The notes under the pieces: generated by a model
What the model saw: the letters and a program-made list of their open reading frames with translations, nothing else
Told to the model about the DNA's origin: nothing
Databases searched by the model: none
In this document: positions 19,582 to 28,384 of the stretch, one piece after another
Position numbering within the stretch: position 1 is the first letter of the stretch
Layout: the number at the start of each line of letters is the position of its first letter
Translations under genes and position numbers: made by a program
Assembly (NCBI GenBank): GCA_033764315.1
Contig: JANRJA010000211.1
Span: 1 to 44,451 of the forward strand
From: Oculatellaceae cyanobacterium bins.114
Lineage (GTDB): Bacteria > Cyanobacteriota > Cyanobacteriia > Elainellales > Elainellaceae
DNA: 44,451 nucleotides
Direction: 5' to 3'

Positions 19582-19821
19582 ATGGAAAATCGAGCTTTAC
19601 GTGAAGAACCCCGGAATCAACCGGCCCGCGTGATCCCACCTCAACGAGATGCCTCCATTCTCGATTGGCTCGAAGGAACAGGTCGTCTCTTGGCCCGTGA
19701 TACTGGCGATTTCGATTATCGAGATGATGAAGAAGAAATCAACGCGTTGATGGCGGGAGAAGACAATAGCTTCGAGATCGATGATGATGATGACGATGAA
19801 GTGCTTGAGCTAGATGAGTAG
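19582..19821 (+). CDS. DUF3134-like small acidic protein
   Basis: N.ALREEPRNQPARVIP...SILDWLEGTGRLLARD plus an acidic tail. Typical position upstream of mraY. Confidence 0.8.
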   Translation: MENRALREEPRNQPARVIPPQRDASILDWLEGTGRLLARDTGDFDYRDDEEEINALMAGEDNSFEIDDDDDDEVLELDE

Positions 19822-19957
19822 GCGAGCCATCTAGAAACATTTGGTAAATATTAACTAAGTGTTTTCAAAATCGTTGACATGTGTGAAGATTAATCCTGAT
19901 TTGGTCAAGACTGAATTGCAGTCTTTGAGGTGTGGTGTGAAGTGAGATGACACAACT

Positions 19958-21052
19958 GTGGATGCTAAATTATCGCCTAATGAACAGATAGGTCTTTCAG
20001 GTAGGGTGCTGTCCATCATTCTGGGAGTCGCTCTGCTGGGCATTGCTCCTCTACTTGATATGATTGCGGGCCGAACTCCCTGGGGTGCTGCTTTGACCCT
20101 GCCTCTATGGGTCAGTGCGTTAGTAACTGCCCTCTTAGGGTTTTGGGTTGTGCCTCAATTGCGCCGTTGGAAGATGGGGCAATTTATTCGCGAGGATGGA
20201 CCTCAGGCACACTTAAAAAAAGCTGGAACACCCACGATGGGTGGGCTATTTGTGGTGCCCACTGGAGTAGCGATCGCCCTTCTCTGGTCTGGGTTTACGC
20301 CAAATGTCATAGCTGTAGCCGCTCTAACGCTTGCCTATGGTTTGATTGGTTGGTTAGACGACTGGCAAATCTTGCTACGCAAATCGAATAAAGGAATTTC
20401 TCCTCAGGTCAAGTTGGCGCTTCAAGTTGGGTTTGGGGCGTTATTTTGTCTGTGGGCAGGGTGGACTCAAGCAACTACCATCACAGTATTGGCGTTACCA
20501 CTGGGTTTGACGCTTCCATTAGGGTTTTTGTTTTATCCAATCGCTTGGTTTGTGTTGGTAGCTGAGAGCAATGCCACCAACTTAACCGATGGTTTAGATG
20601 GGTTGGCTGGAGGAACGGGGGCGATCGCTCTATTTGGGCTAGCCGTTTTGGTGGCTCCTACTTCCCCCGATTTGATGGTGTTTTGTGCTTGTATGGCAGG
20701 CAGTTTCTTGGGATTCTTGGTTCACAACCACAATCCTGCGCGCGTGTTTATGGGCGACACCGGAGCGTTGGCGATGGGTGGTGCTCTAGCCGCAGTGGCA
20801 ATCTTGACTCAAAACTTGGTGGGGTTACTGATTCTGAGCGGCATCTTCTTTGCTGAGACGCTCTCGGTAATCGCTCAAGTGAGCTATTACAAAGCCACTA
20901 AAGACAGCAACGGGGTGGGTAAGCGACTGTTTAAGATGGCTCCGCTCCATCACCATTTTGAACTCACGGGATGGACGGAGATTCAAGTCGTATCTCGCTT
21001 CTACCTGATTGGAGGGTTGCTAGCCCTGATTTGCATCGCGCTTTATCTATAA
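19958..21052 (+). CDS. mraY: Phospho-N-acetylmuramoyl-pentapeptide transferase
   Basis: GQFIREDGPQAHLKKAGTPTMGG, GWLDD, NATNLTDGLDGL, VFMGDTG, MAPLHHHFEL. Confidence 0.97.
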   Translation: MDAKLSPNEQIGLSGRVLSIILGVALLGIAPLLDMIAGRTPWGAALTLPLWVSALVTALLGFWVVPQLRRWKMGQFIREDGPQAHLKKAGTPTMGGLFVVPTGVAIALLWSGFTPNVIAVAALTLAYGLIGWLDDWQILLRKSNKGISPQVKLALQVGFGALFCLWAGWTQATTITVLALPLGLTLPLGFLFYPIAWFVLVAESNATNLTDGLDGLAGGTGAIALFGLAVLVAPTSPDLMVFCACMAGSFLGFLVHNHNPARVFMGDTGALAMGGALAAVAILTQNLVGLLILSGIFFAETLSVIAQVSYYKATKDSNGVGKRLFKMAPLHHHFELTGWTEIQVVSRFYLIGGLLALICIALYL

Positions 21053-21071
21053 ATTAGGCTTTGATTTTCTC

Positions 21072-21106
21072 AAAACTCCGGCTTTTCAGAAAAGCTGGAG
21101 TTTTTT
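21072..21106 (+). terminator. Hairpin plus T tract after mraY
   Basis: AAAACTCCGGCTTTT...AAAAGCTGGAGTTTTTT. Confidence 0.7.
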
Positions 21107-21118
21107 CGAGTTTAGGTT

Positions 21119-21245
21119 AACCTGAGTTCGGGATCAGGATTTTGCGGTTGAAACCGCTGACTTCGACGTGAGTTTAGTCAAGCCACGGACTTTGCTCTGG
21201 TAGCCGCGAATTGATCCGCTGGGCTGCTTAAACCGAACTGACGTT
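21119..21245. mobile_element. MITE-like element, copy 2 of the 4837-4999 family (shorter, different core)
   Basis: AACCTGAGTTCGGGATCAGGATTTTGCGGTTGAAACCGC...TAGCCGCGAATTGATCCGC...TTAAACCGAACTGACGTT matches both ends of copy 1. Confidence 0.75.
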
Positions 21246-21299
21246 AAATTTCCAGTTGATGAAAGCGTCAGTTCGTGAAAGGCGATCGCTAAAAAAATA

Positions 21300-21332
21300 A
21301 GATCTCCGACTTCTTGAAGAAGCTGGAGATCT
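21300..21332. repeat. Cyanobacterial palindromic repeat (AGATCYCCGACTTCT..AAGAAG..GGRGATCT type), probably acting as the ccmK4 terminator
   Basis: AGATCTCCGACTTCTTGAAGAAGCTGGAGATCT, followed on the minus strand by TATTTTTTT. Confidence 0.65.
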
Positions 21333-21359
21333 AAGAGACTCTAACTATTTCGGATGAAT

Positions 21360-21698
21360 TTATCGTCCTGGCAGAATAGGGATTTCAACTGAGTCGCGGA
21401 ATCGCTCAACGTCTTGAGTAAAGGCTATCGGCAACACACACTCCACATTTTCATGAGGGCGAGGAATAATAACCCAAGTTTCTAAGGTGCCACCGGGGGT
21501 GTTTTCGGCTGCGTGAATGCCTGCATCCATCGCCGCTTTGACCTCTGACACATCGCCTCGAATCATCACCGTAAAGCGAGCACTTCCTGCCCGAATGTAA
21601 CCCACCAAGGTGACGCGACCTGCTTTCACCATCGCATCTGCTGCCGCTAACACAGCAGGAAAACCTTTTGTCTCCAGTGCTCCAACCGCAACGGGCAT
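21360..21698 (-). CDS. ccmK4: Carboxysome shell protein CcmK4 (BMC-H)
   Basis: AVGALETKGFPAVLAAADAMVKAGRVTLVGYIRAGSARFTV (GSA pore motif), IPRPHENV. Confidence 0.92.
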   Translation of the reverse strand: MPVAVGALETKGFPAVLAAADAMVKAGRVTLVGYIRAGSARFTVMIRGDVSEVKAAMDAGIHAAENTPGGTLETWVIIPRPHENVECVLPIAFTQDVERFRDSVEIPILPGR

Positions 21699-21830
21699 GT
21701 CTAACTCCTCAATAAAAAACGCAGACGATGGATGAATTCATCAATTATTGTACGGGCGATCGCCTCGACTTTCATCAAAACTCTAAGTTCTCACTCAATT
21801 TGAGACGGCTCTATAAAAGTCTTAACGAAG

Positions 21831-22136
21831 CTATATGAACCGTTCAACCTGGGTAGTGTATTGAATCGGCAAGACGGCTTCTAAGTTTTCAGGGGGATTT
21901 GGCACAATGTAGTAGGAAATTTCGGCGCAGCCCGGTGTTTTCTTAGCGGCTGCAATCCCAGCTTCGATCGCCGGTGTGACCTCAGAGGTGCTGCCTCGAA
22001 TGGCAACAATAAATTCACCCCGTTCCGCCAAGCCGTAATATACCAGGGTAACTCGTGCTCCTTTAACCATGGCATCTGCTGCAGCCAATACGCCCGGAAA
22101 ACCAAGGGTTTGAATGACACCAACGGCAAATGGCAC
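21831..22136 (-). CDS. ccmK3: Carboxysome shell protein CcmK3 (BMC-H)
   Basis: AVGVIQTLGFPGVLAAADAMVKGARVTLVYYGLAERG (ERG pore motif), VPNPPENL. GTG at 22136 preceded by AGGAG. Confidence 0.92.
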   Translation of the reverse strand: MPFAVGVIQTLGFPGVLAAADAMVKGARVTLVYYGLAERGEFIVAIRGSTSEVTPAIEAGIAAAKKTPGCAEISYYIVPNPPENLEAVLPIQYTTQVERFI

Positions 22137-22292
22137 GATTGTACTCTCCTGCATCAATTGATAGAACTCTATTGTACGAAGGGATGTTCCCTTATGCACG
22201 GTGTCACATAGAAATTATTGTCCCCAGTGTTAATCGCTAGACGTTAATCGTTCAACACCACAAACAACCAACTATACGCCCTGCGCGATTGA

Positions 22293-23210
22293 CTAATGCC
22301 CTAGAGACGCTTCCCCCTGGTTCTGATGCTTGCTAAACCACTGGTGCAAAATTTCAGCCACTTGTTCTGGGGCTTCGTCTTGAGGGCAATGCCCGACCCC
22401 CTCTAAGGGAATGAAATCTTCAACGGCTGGAAAGTTTGCCAACTCACGGCCTAGAGCGATCGGCTCCCACGGGTCAACTGCTCCCCAGGCAATTAGAACA
22501 GGGCAAGTGAGTTGGGGCAACAGATCCTCTGCAAGTGGCCCTTGAGAATAGCGAGTAAAGGCTAAAAAGACGTCGGCAGCTCCAGGCTCTAAAGCAGGTT
22601 GCAGCAACAAATCCACGAGGTCGTTAGTAACTGCTTCTGGGTTGCCATAGGCTTGCAGTAGAATTTTGCGAATCACCTTAGCGTTTGCTAATTGATGAAA
22701 AAAATAGTGCCCAAACGGGCGATATCCTAGCAGACCTTGCAACAGCGGAGCTGACATGCGGCGGTACCAGGGAAGACTGGCTTGTTTACGCTCGTGTAGG
22801 AGCCGTAATGAGCAGTTCAGTAAAACTACACTCTGTGCTAACGGAGGTGACATCACGGCGGCTTGCAGAGCCGCAATACAGCCGACAGAGTTACCCACTA
22901 AAAAGGCAGGAGTTTTCACTATCTCTTGGCAAAAATCAACCAGTTGTTGACCCCAGGTTTCAAAGGAGTAGGGCAATGGCTCTCCTGGTGTGGGCTTTGC
23001 CGATCGCCCAAATCCTAATAGGTCGATCGCATACACCCGATGCGTTGGTGCTAGCAGGGGGATGATTTTACGCCAATGATCACTGGATGCCCCAAAACCA
23101 TGCACCAAAATCACGGCATCTCCAGTTGTACCAGCCGTTTGATATCGGATGGGGAGATCATGCCACTGCCAGATTGCGGAGGTAGGTTGGAGGGAATAGC
23201 TCAGAACCAT
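22293..23210 (-). CDS. Alpha/beta fold hydrolase
   Basis: LVHGFGASSDHW, IDLLGFGRS, nucleophile elbow GNSVG, WGAVDPW, GHCPQDEAPE. Confidence 0.92.
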   Translation of the reverse strand: MVLSYSLQPTSAIWQWHDLPIRYQTAGTTGDAVILVHGFGASSDHWRKIIPLLAPTHRVYAIDLLGFGRSAKPTPGEPLPYSFETWGQQLVDFCQEIVKTPAFLVGNSVGCIAALQAAVMSPPLAQSVVLLNCSLRLLHERKQASLPWYRRMSAPLLQGLLGYRPFGHYFFHQLANAKVIRKILLQAYGNPEAVTNDLVDLLLQPALEPGAADVFLAFTRYSQGPLAEDLLPQLTCPVLIAWGAVDPWEPIALGRELANFPAVEDFIPLEGVGHCPQDEAPEQVAEILHQWFSKHQNQGEASLGH

Positions 23211-23230
23211 GAGGTCACTTGATGAATCAC

Positions 23231-23247
23231 TGTTACTTAATGTAACA
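23231..23247. promoter_or_regulatory. Palindrome TGTTAC-N5-GTAACA upstream of the hydrolase
   Basis: TGTTAC TTAAT GTAACA. Related sites at 39484 and 41053. Confidence 0.45.
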
Positions 23248-23422
23248 ACTTCGGTCTGGCTGTGCTAGATACAAGAATGAGGGTGAGATGCAAGGATGAG
23301 GGGAGATATCGATTTTTGTCATTTTACACGGTAAGCGATAAGTGGTATAGTCAAGAGGTTTATGATTGATCCATAGAACTGGGCGATCGCTGTCCCGTTT
23401 GCTGCTTACTCTAGGAGTGGTT

Positions 23423-26056
23423 GTGACGTTTCAAGACCAACTGTGTGACTCTCAGACCGGAGATACTCCACCCAAGACGATGGCAGCATCCGTGATAGAG
23501 CGGTCAGCAACACCCTCTACTGGTGATGGGGGTGACGCAGGTCAGAGCTATTGGGTGGAGACGTTGGTTGATTGTGCTGGAGCACAGGGTTTTTATCTTT
23601 ACGCAGTGCCCACTGACTTCACGATTCAACCCGGTGATATTCTTAGTGTGCCGTTTGGGGCACAGCAGGTGGGGGCGATCGCTATTCGATTGGTCGATGT
23701 GTTGCCTGATGATTTGCATCCCAGTGCAGTGCGTTCGATCGAAGAGGTGATTTGTCGAGGTTTCTTTCCTCCTCGCTATTGGTCATTGCTGCAACAAACG
23801 GCTACCTATTACTGCACTCCGCTGATTCAGGTTGTGCGAACGGCATTGCCACCAGGGTTATTGGGGCGATCGCAACGCCGTATTCGTCTCACCTCAACCT
23901 GTCCTGCTCCAGCTCCAGCCGACCTATCTCAAGCCGCTCAACAAATCTTGGAACAGTTGCAAGCTCATAAAACGGGCAACTATGCATGGCAATATCTGCA
24001 ACGCCAAATTAATGGAGCCACACGGGGGTTACGTGAATTGTTGCAGCGAGGTTGGGTTGAGAGCTATTTAGAACCACCAACGCCTGTCCGCCCAAAGCAA
24101 CGGCAAGCCGTTACCTTTGTGGCTGAACCAACTGTCCCGCTTAGCCCACGCCAGCATGAGGTGCTTGAGGTGCTAAAACGACGTGGCGGAGAGATGTGGC
24201 TGCAAGATATTTTGCAGACGTGTCAGACTAGCTCGGTGGTGCTTAAAGGTCTACAACAAAAAGGGTGTGTGATCATTCATGCACAAGAGGTGCTGCGAGC
24301 AGAAGGATTGCCGTCACACGGGCAAGCACTTCATCCTATCGCTGGCGGTGCAAAGTATTTGCCCTTAGGAGACAATCGCCCCCAAGTGTTGACGTCCGAC
24401 CAACAGTCTGCCCTCAACGAGATCCAAGCGTTAGAGCAGTTTCGGGTCGTGCTGCTTCATGGAGTGACCGGGTCGGGTAAAACTGAGGTTTATCTCCAAG
24501 CGATCGCCCCTATTTTGCAACGTGGGCAGTCTGCATTAGTGTTAGTCCCTGAAATTGGCCTGACCCCGCAACTCACGGATCGGTTTCGAGCACGGTTTGG
24601 CAGCAAAGTCATGGTTTACCATAGTGCGCTTTCTGAAGGGGAACGCTATGACACTTGGCGACAAATGCTGAGCGGAACGCCCCAGATCGTCATTGGCACT
24701 CGCTCTGCTATCTTTGCCCCATTACCCTGTTTGGGCTTAATTGTTCTTGATGAAGAACACGATAGCAGTTTCAAACAAGATCAACCAATGCCCTGCTATC
24801 ACGCTCGCACCGTTGCCCATTGGCGAGCAGCTACAGAAAACTGCCCCTTGATTTTAGGGTCTGCGACCCCCTCTATTGAAACCTGGGTTGAGGTGCAGGG
24901 TATCGGCGCTGAGGCTCAACCCACCGAACTAACGCTGGCTTCTAAGGTAGAGCCTGCTGCCCCACTGTGTCTCTCTCTGCCCCAACGAGTACACGCTCAG
25001 CCCCTACCTCCAATTGACATCATTGATATGCGGCAGGAGTTGCAAGAGGGCAATCGTTCGATGTTTAGTCGCACTCTGCAAAACGCTCTACACAACTTAC
25101 AGAACCAGCAACAACAGGGCATTCTGTTTGTTCCCCGTCGCGGACATAGCACGTTTGTTTCCTGTCGAAGTTGTGGGTTTGTCTTAGGATGCCCGCATTG
25201 CGATATCTCTCTGACTTACCATCAACCTCAGGCAGAGAGTGCTGCTTTTTTGCGTTGCCACTACTGCGGCTTCAGACAAGCACACCCCTCTCGCTGCCCC
25301 GATTGTGATTCTCCCTATCTCAAGCATTTTGGTAGTGGTACGCAACGGGTGATGCAAGAAATCACGCAGCAGTTTCCAACCTTGCGCTGTATCCGATTTG
25401 ATAGTGACACCACCCGCACTAAAGGGGCTCATCGTGCCTTGCTTGATCGGTTTGCTCGAGGTGAGGCAGACGTATTAGTGGGTACTCAGATGTTAACCAA
25501 GGGGATTGATTTGCCACAGGTCACACTTGTCGGGGTAGTTGCCGCCGACGGCCTGTTACATTTGCCCGACTATCGCTCTAGTGAACGCACGTTTCAGGTG
25601 TTGACTCAAGTGGCAGGACGAGCAGGGCGGGGCAGCCAACCAGGACGTGTCATTCTCCAAACCTACTCGCCTGAACATCCAGTTATTTTGGCCGTACAAC
25701 GCTATGACTATGAGTCGTTTATTAAAACAGAGCAACAACAACGGGCCGATCTGGGATATCCTCCCTTTGGTCATTTGGTGTTACTCCGATTGAGCGGTAC
25801 GGAGCCAGCGTTGGTGCGACGGACAGCCGAGAAACTGGGGTCTGGCCTGCACTCCACTGATCCTCAAGCAAACTATGATGTATTAGGTCCAGCCCCGGCT
25901 GCAATTGAACGAGTTGCCCGTCGCTATCGCTGGCAAATTCTTCTCAAATATCGCTCTGCTAAACGACATGATTTACCTGGCTTACAGGCGTTGCGGAGCC
26001 AATGCCCCAGTAACGTCAGCTTGACAATCGATGTCAATCCACTGAATATGCTGTAA
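23423..26056 (+). CDS. priA: Primosomal protein N' (replication restart helicase)
   Basis: HGVTGSGKTEVY, LVPEIGLTPQ, DEEHD, SATPS, four CxxC motifs, GTQMLTKGID, QVAGRAGR. Start uncertain (23366/23423/23480); AGGAG precedes the GTG at 23423. Confidence 0.96.
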   Translation: MTFQDQLCDSQTGDTPPKTMAASVIERSATPSTGDGGDAGQSYWVETLVDCAGAQGFYLYAVPTDFTIQPGDILSVPFGAQQVGAIAIRLVDVLPDDLHPSAVRSIEEVICRGFFPPRYWSLLQQTATYYCTPLIQVVRTALPPGLLGRSQRRIRLTSTCPAPAPADLSQAAQQILEQLQAHKTGNYAWQYLQRQINGATRGLRELLQRGWVESYLEPPTPVRPKQRQAVTFVAEPTVPLSPRQHEVLEVLKRRGGEMWLQDILQTCQTSSVVLKGLQQKGCVIIHAQEVLRAEGLPSHGQALHPIAGGAKYLPLGDNRPQVLTSDQQSALNEIQALEQFRVVLLHGVTGSGKTEVYLQAIAPILQRGQSALVLVPEIGLTPQLTDRFRARFGSKVMVYHSALSEGERYDTWRQMLSGTPQIVIGTRSAIFAPLPCLGLIVLDEEHDSSFKQDQPMPCYHARTVAHWRAATENCPLILGSATPSIETWVEVQGIGAEAQPTELTLASKVEPAAPLCLSLPQRVHAQPLPPIDIIDMRQELQEGNRSMFSRTLQNALHNLQNQQQQGILFVPRRGHSTFVSCRSCGFVLGCPHCDISLTYHQPQAESAAFLRCHYCGFRQAHPSRCPDCDSPYLKHFGSGTQRVMQEITQQFPTLRCIRFDSDTTRTKGAHRALLDRFARGEADVLVGTQMLTKGIDLPQVTLVGVVAADGLLHLPDYRSSERTFQVLTQVAGRAGRGSQPGRVILQTYSPEHPVILAVQRYDYESFIKTEQQQRADLGYPPFGHLVLLRLSGTEPALVRRTAEKLGSGLHSTDPQANYDVLGPAPAAIERVARRYRWQILLKYRSAKRHDLPGLQALRSQCPSNVSLTIDVNPLNML

Positions 26057-26084
26057 AAAATAGCTTTGAAATTAAACAATGACC

Positions 26085-26567
26085 TTAGCTGTACCGATCG
26101 CGCGGTTGCCGTTTTAACCGTCTTTGCCGCTGCTGAATTGTAGCTAGAGCATGATCCACCGGAAACCCTGCCACTGGAATCACCTGATCTTTGCGGTCTT
26201 CCTCTAATTTCTTCAGTTCTGTGTAGTCAACCCAGTGAATACAATCTACGGGGCAAGTGTCGATCGCCTCTTGAATCACATCTTCGGGGTCAGCGTCTTG
26301 GCGCACTACCCGCGATCGCCCATAATCTGGCTCAATGTAGAAAGTGTTACGAGCAACATGGGCACAGTGCTTGCATCCAATACACGTCACCTCATCTACA
26401 TAGACCCCCTTCTGCCGCACCAATCCGCCTAACTCTGGCTCTAATCCGGTTCTCTCCGGGGCTTCTCGCCAATGTCCACCCAATTCTGGCTCTAACCCGG
26501 TTTGTAGCTCACTCGCCAACCGTTGAGCTTCCTGTTCAGCATTCATCCGAAATGTGAAGTCACCCAT
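26085..26567 (-). CDS. Ferredoxin (single-cluster type) with duplicated TGLEPELGG motif
   Basis: VYVDEVTCIGCKHCAH...AIDTCPVDCIHWV. GGAGG RBS upstream. Confidence 0.9.
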   Translation of the reverse strand: MGDFTFRMNAEQEAQRLASELQTGLEPELGGHWREAPERTGLEPELGGLVRQKGVYVDEVTCIGCKHCAHVARNTFYIEPDYGRSRVVRQDADPEDVIQEAIDTCPVDCIHWVDYTELKKLEEDRKDQVIPVAGFPVDHALATIQQRQRRLKRQPRDRYS

Positions 26568-26700
26568 AGGACCTCCAAGTTACTAAATATGGGAGATTTT
26601 TGAACAGCCGCCCTTAGACGGTGTTAAAAACCTCCCATGCTTTGAAAATGCTGATACTTGACTCAGGCACGTCTCTGTCAAGCTCAACCACGGGATAACA

Positions 26701-27087
26701 CTATGCACTCCAACGTTGAAGCACTAAACGAATGGAACCGTCTTGTTGTTGCTGTTGCTCACTCACTTGAAAGCCCTTTTGAGCAGTTGTGTTGACCACC
26801 GTGTGGTAAGCATAACGCTGAGTCACTCGGTTCAGAAATCCTTCAACCGTGAGCGGCTGTTTCCAGTACTGCAAATCAGCCACTAATTCATACTCTTGAC
26901 CGTTCCAGCTAAAACCGACATCGTAGCCGTTGTCTTGCTCAATAGCGATATCAGCGGTTTTAGTTAAACCTCGATACCCCCTAACGGCTTGAGGACCAGA
27001 TTTCCACTCAACACCTACATCTGTCAAAGCAGATTGGAGAGCAGTTAAATCACGAATTTGAGTTTTAATTTGGCTAAAGTGTGACAT
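26701..27087 (-). CDS. DUF1257 (Ycf35-like) protein
   Basis: MSHFSQIKTQIR...VRGYRG...YELVADLQYW...QRYAY...DGSIRLVLQRW. Confidence 0.9.
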   Translation of the reverse strand: MSHFSQIKTQIRDLTALQSALTDVGVEWKSGPQAVRGYRGLTKTADIAIEQDNGYDVGFSWNGQEYELVADLQYWKQPLTVEGFLNRVTQRYAYHTVVNTTAQKGFQVSEQQQQQDGSIRLVLQRWSA

Positions 27088-27142
27088 AGGTTTCCTACCG
27101 TAATCAATCTAAGTTAAAGAAAGTGTTTTTTAACTAAAAGCA

Positions 27143-27352
27143 TTACCACTGGCTGAAGGTAGCCGGGTTAGTATCTGAAACAGAGTTTTGCACGGGTTGG
27201 GCATAATATTCAGAGGTCGGCTCTTGAGTCAAAACTTGACCTAATTGAGCTTCGATCGCAGCTGTGACCTCAGCACAAGAAAACCCTGTAATTCCGGTAA
27301 CTTTCTCTTGCACTCGACCATCTGGATAGATCACAAATTCCAACGTTTCCAT
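27143..27352 (-). CDS. DUF2997 family protein
   Basis: LEFVIYPDGRVQEKVTGITG.SCAEVTAAIEAQLG...PTSEYY. Confidence 0.88.
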   Translation of the reverse strand: METLEFVIYPDGRVQEKVTGITGFSCAEVTAAIEAQLGQVLTQEPTSEYYAQPVQNSVSDTNPATFSQW

Positions 27353-27626
27353 TCTTAAACCATTATTAAGAGATCTTAAGGAAAATCTTCTATCAATCTA
27401 AACGATCAGGCGTTCCCAACTATATGACTTGAGATAGAAACTCAGTGGATAGAGCTGACATCATGATTCTATTAAATTAACCCAGATTTTTAGAATCACT
27501 TTGTTCAAAAACGTAAGAAAACTTCGTATAACTCTGAGGTCACCACTCAGTTATTTGTTAGTCTCCCTTAACTTCGATACTCCGTCAAGCAGATTCTGTC
27601 TCTAACCGATGCCCCCCTTTGAACTG

Positions 27627-27663
27627 AAAAAACTGCCTTAAACAGTTAAGCTAAAGCAGTTTT
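27627..27663 (-). terminator. Intrinsic terminator after the pilB-pilT-pilC-ORF run
   Basis: Minus strand: AAAACTGCTTTAG...TTAAGGCAGTTTTTT. Confidence 0.6.
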
Positions 27664-27758
27664 GAGAGGTTATAGAAATGCTATGAGGCTGAATTTCGCA
27701 ACTCCATGAGGGCGATCGCCCTTTCTAATAGAAAACACCGACTCAAGTCTAAATCCAA

Positions 27759-28355
27759 TTAATCTTCGGCTTCTAACGCTTTTGGAGGGAGAGATTCTGC
27801 TGAGTCATCTTCTTCCTCCAGCATGTGAACGTGTTGAGTTACAAATGGCAAACAGGCACCCCGTAAGCCCCGCTTAATTCGATCGGGGGTATCTGGAAAG
27901 ACAACAAATAGAGGATGGGTGTGGTCAGCCCCTTCACTCAAAATATGTTGATAGCGCAGCGGCATCAACCACTCATAGCCTTTGTCAAGCCAGATTTGGG
28001 TTTGTCGCCAACGCCCCAACAAATCTGAGAAATCTTCTTGAGCCCGGTAGATAAAGACAAAGATCTCGACTCCTGTCTTAATCTTCCATTCGGGATCACA
28101 CATCAAGATCGAAACATCGCAGGGTAATCGCAAGACTTCCCCCGATTCAACTGCGCTTCCTCCAGACCCAATGGATGAAATAGCACTTCTCACCCGAATG
28201 ATGGGTAATGGGATTGGAATCACGCTTTCGCTAGGACGACGCATACTAGGAATCATCTCCAAGTATGGACGATGCTGTTTGAGTAGCGCGATCGCTCCTA
28301 GGTGGTTGCTATATTCGGCTAGCAACTCCTCATAACGAGCCTGTTTCAATGACAT
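27759..28355 (-). CDS. Hypothetical protein immediately downstream of pilC
   Basis: 198-aa ORF starting 29 bp after the pilC stop, containing LMCDPEWKIKTGVEI...DLLGRWRQTQ. Confidence 0.8.
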   Translation of the reverse strand: MSLKQARYEELLAEYSNHLGAIALLKQHRPYLEMIPSMRRPSESVIPIPLPIIRVRSAISSIGSGGSAVESGEVLRLPCDVSILMCDPEWKIKTGVEIFVFIYRAQEDFSDLLGRWRQTQIWLDKGYEWLMPLRYQHILSEGADHTHPLFVVFPDTPDRIKRGLRGACLPFVTQHVHMLEEEDDSAESLPPKALEAED

Positions 28356-28384
28356 AACATCACGACGGAACTAAGGGGTGCTTC

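Noticed and set aside
26425..26505. TGLEPELGG duplication as a recent tandem duplication
   Set aside because: The DNA copies differ at synonymous positions, which points to an older protein-level feature. It is noted under the operon finding instead.
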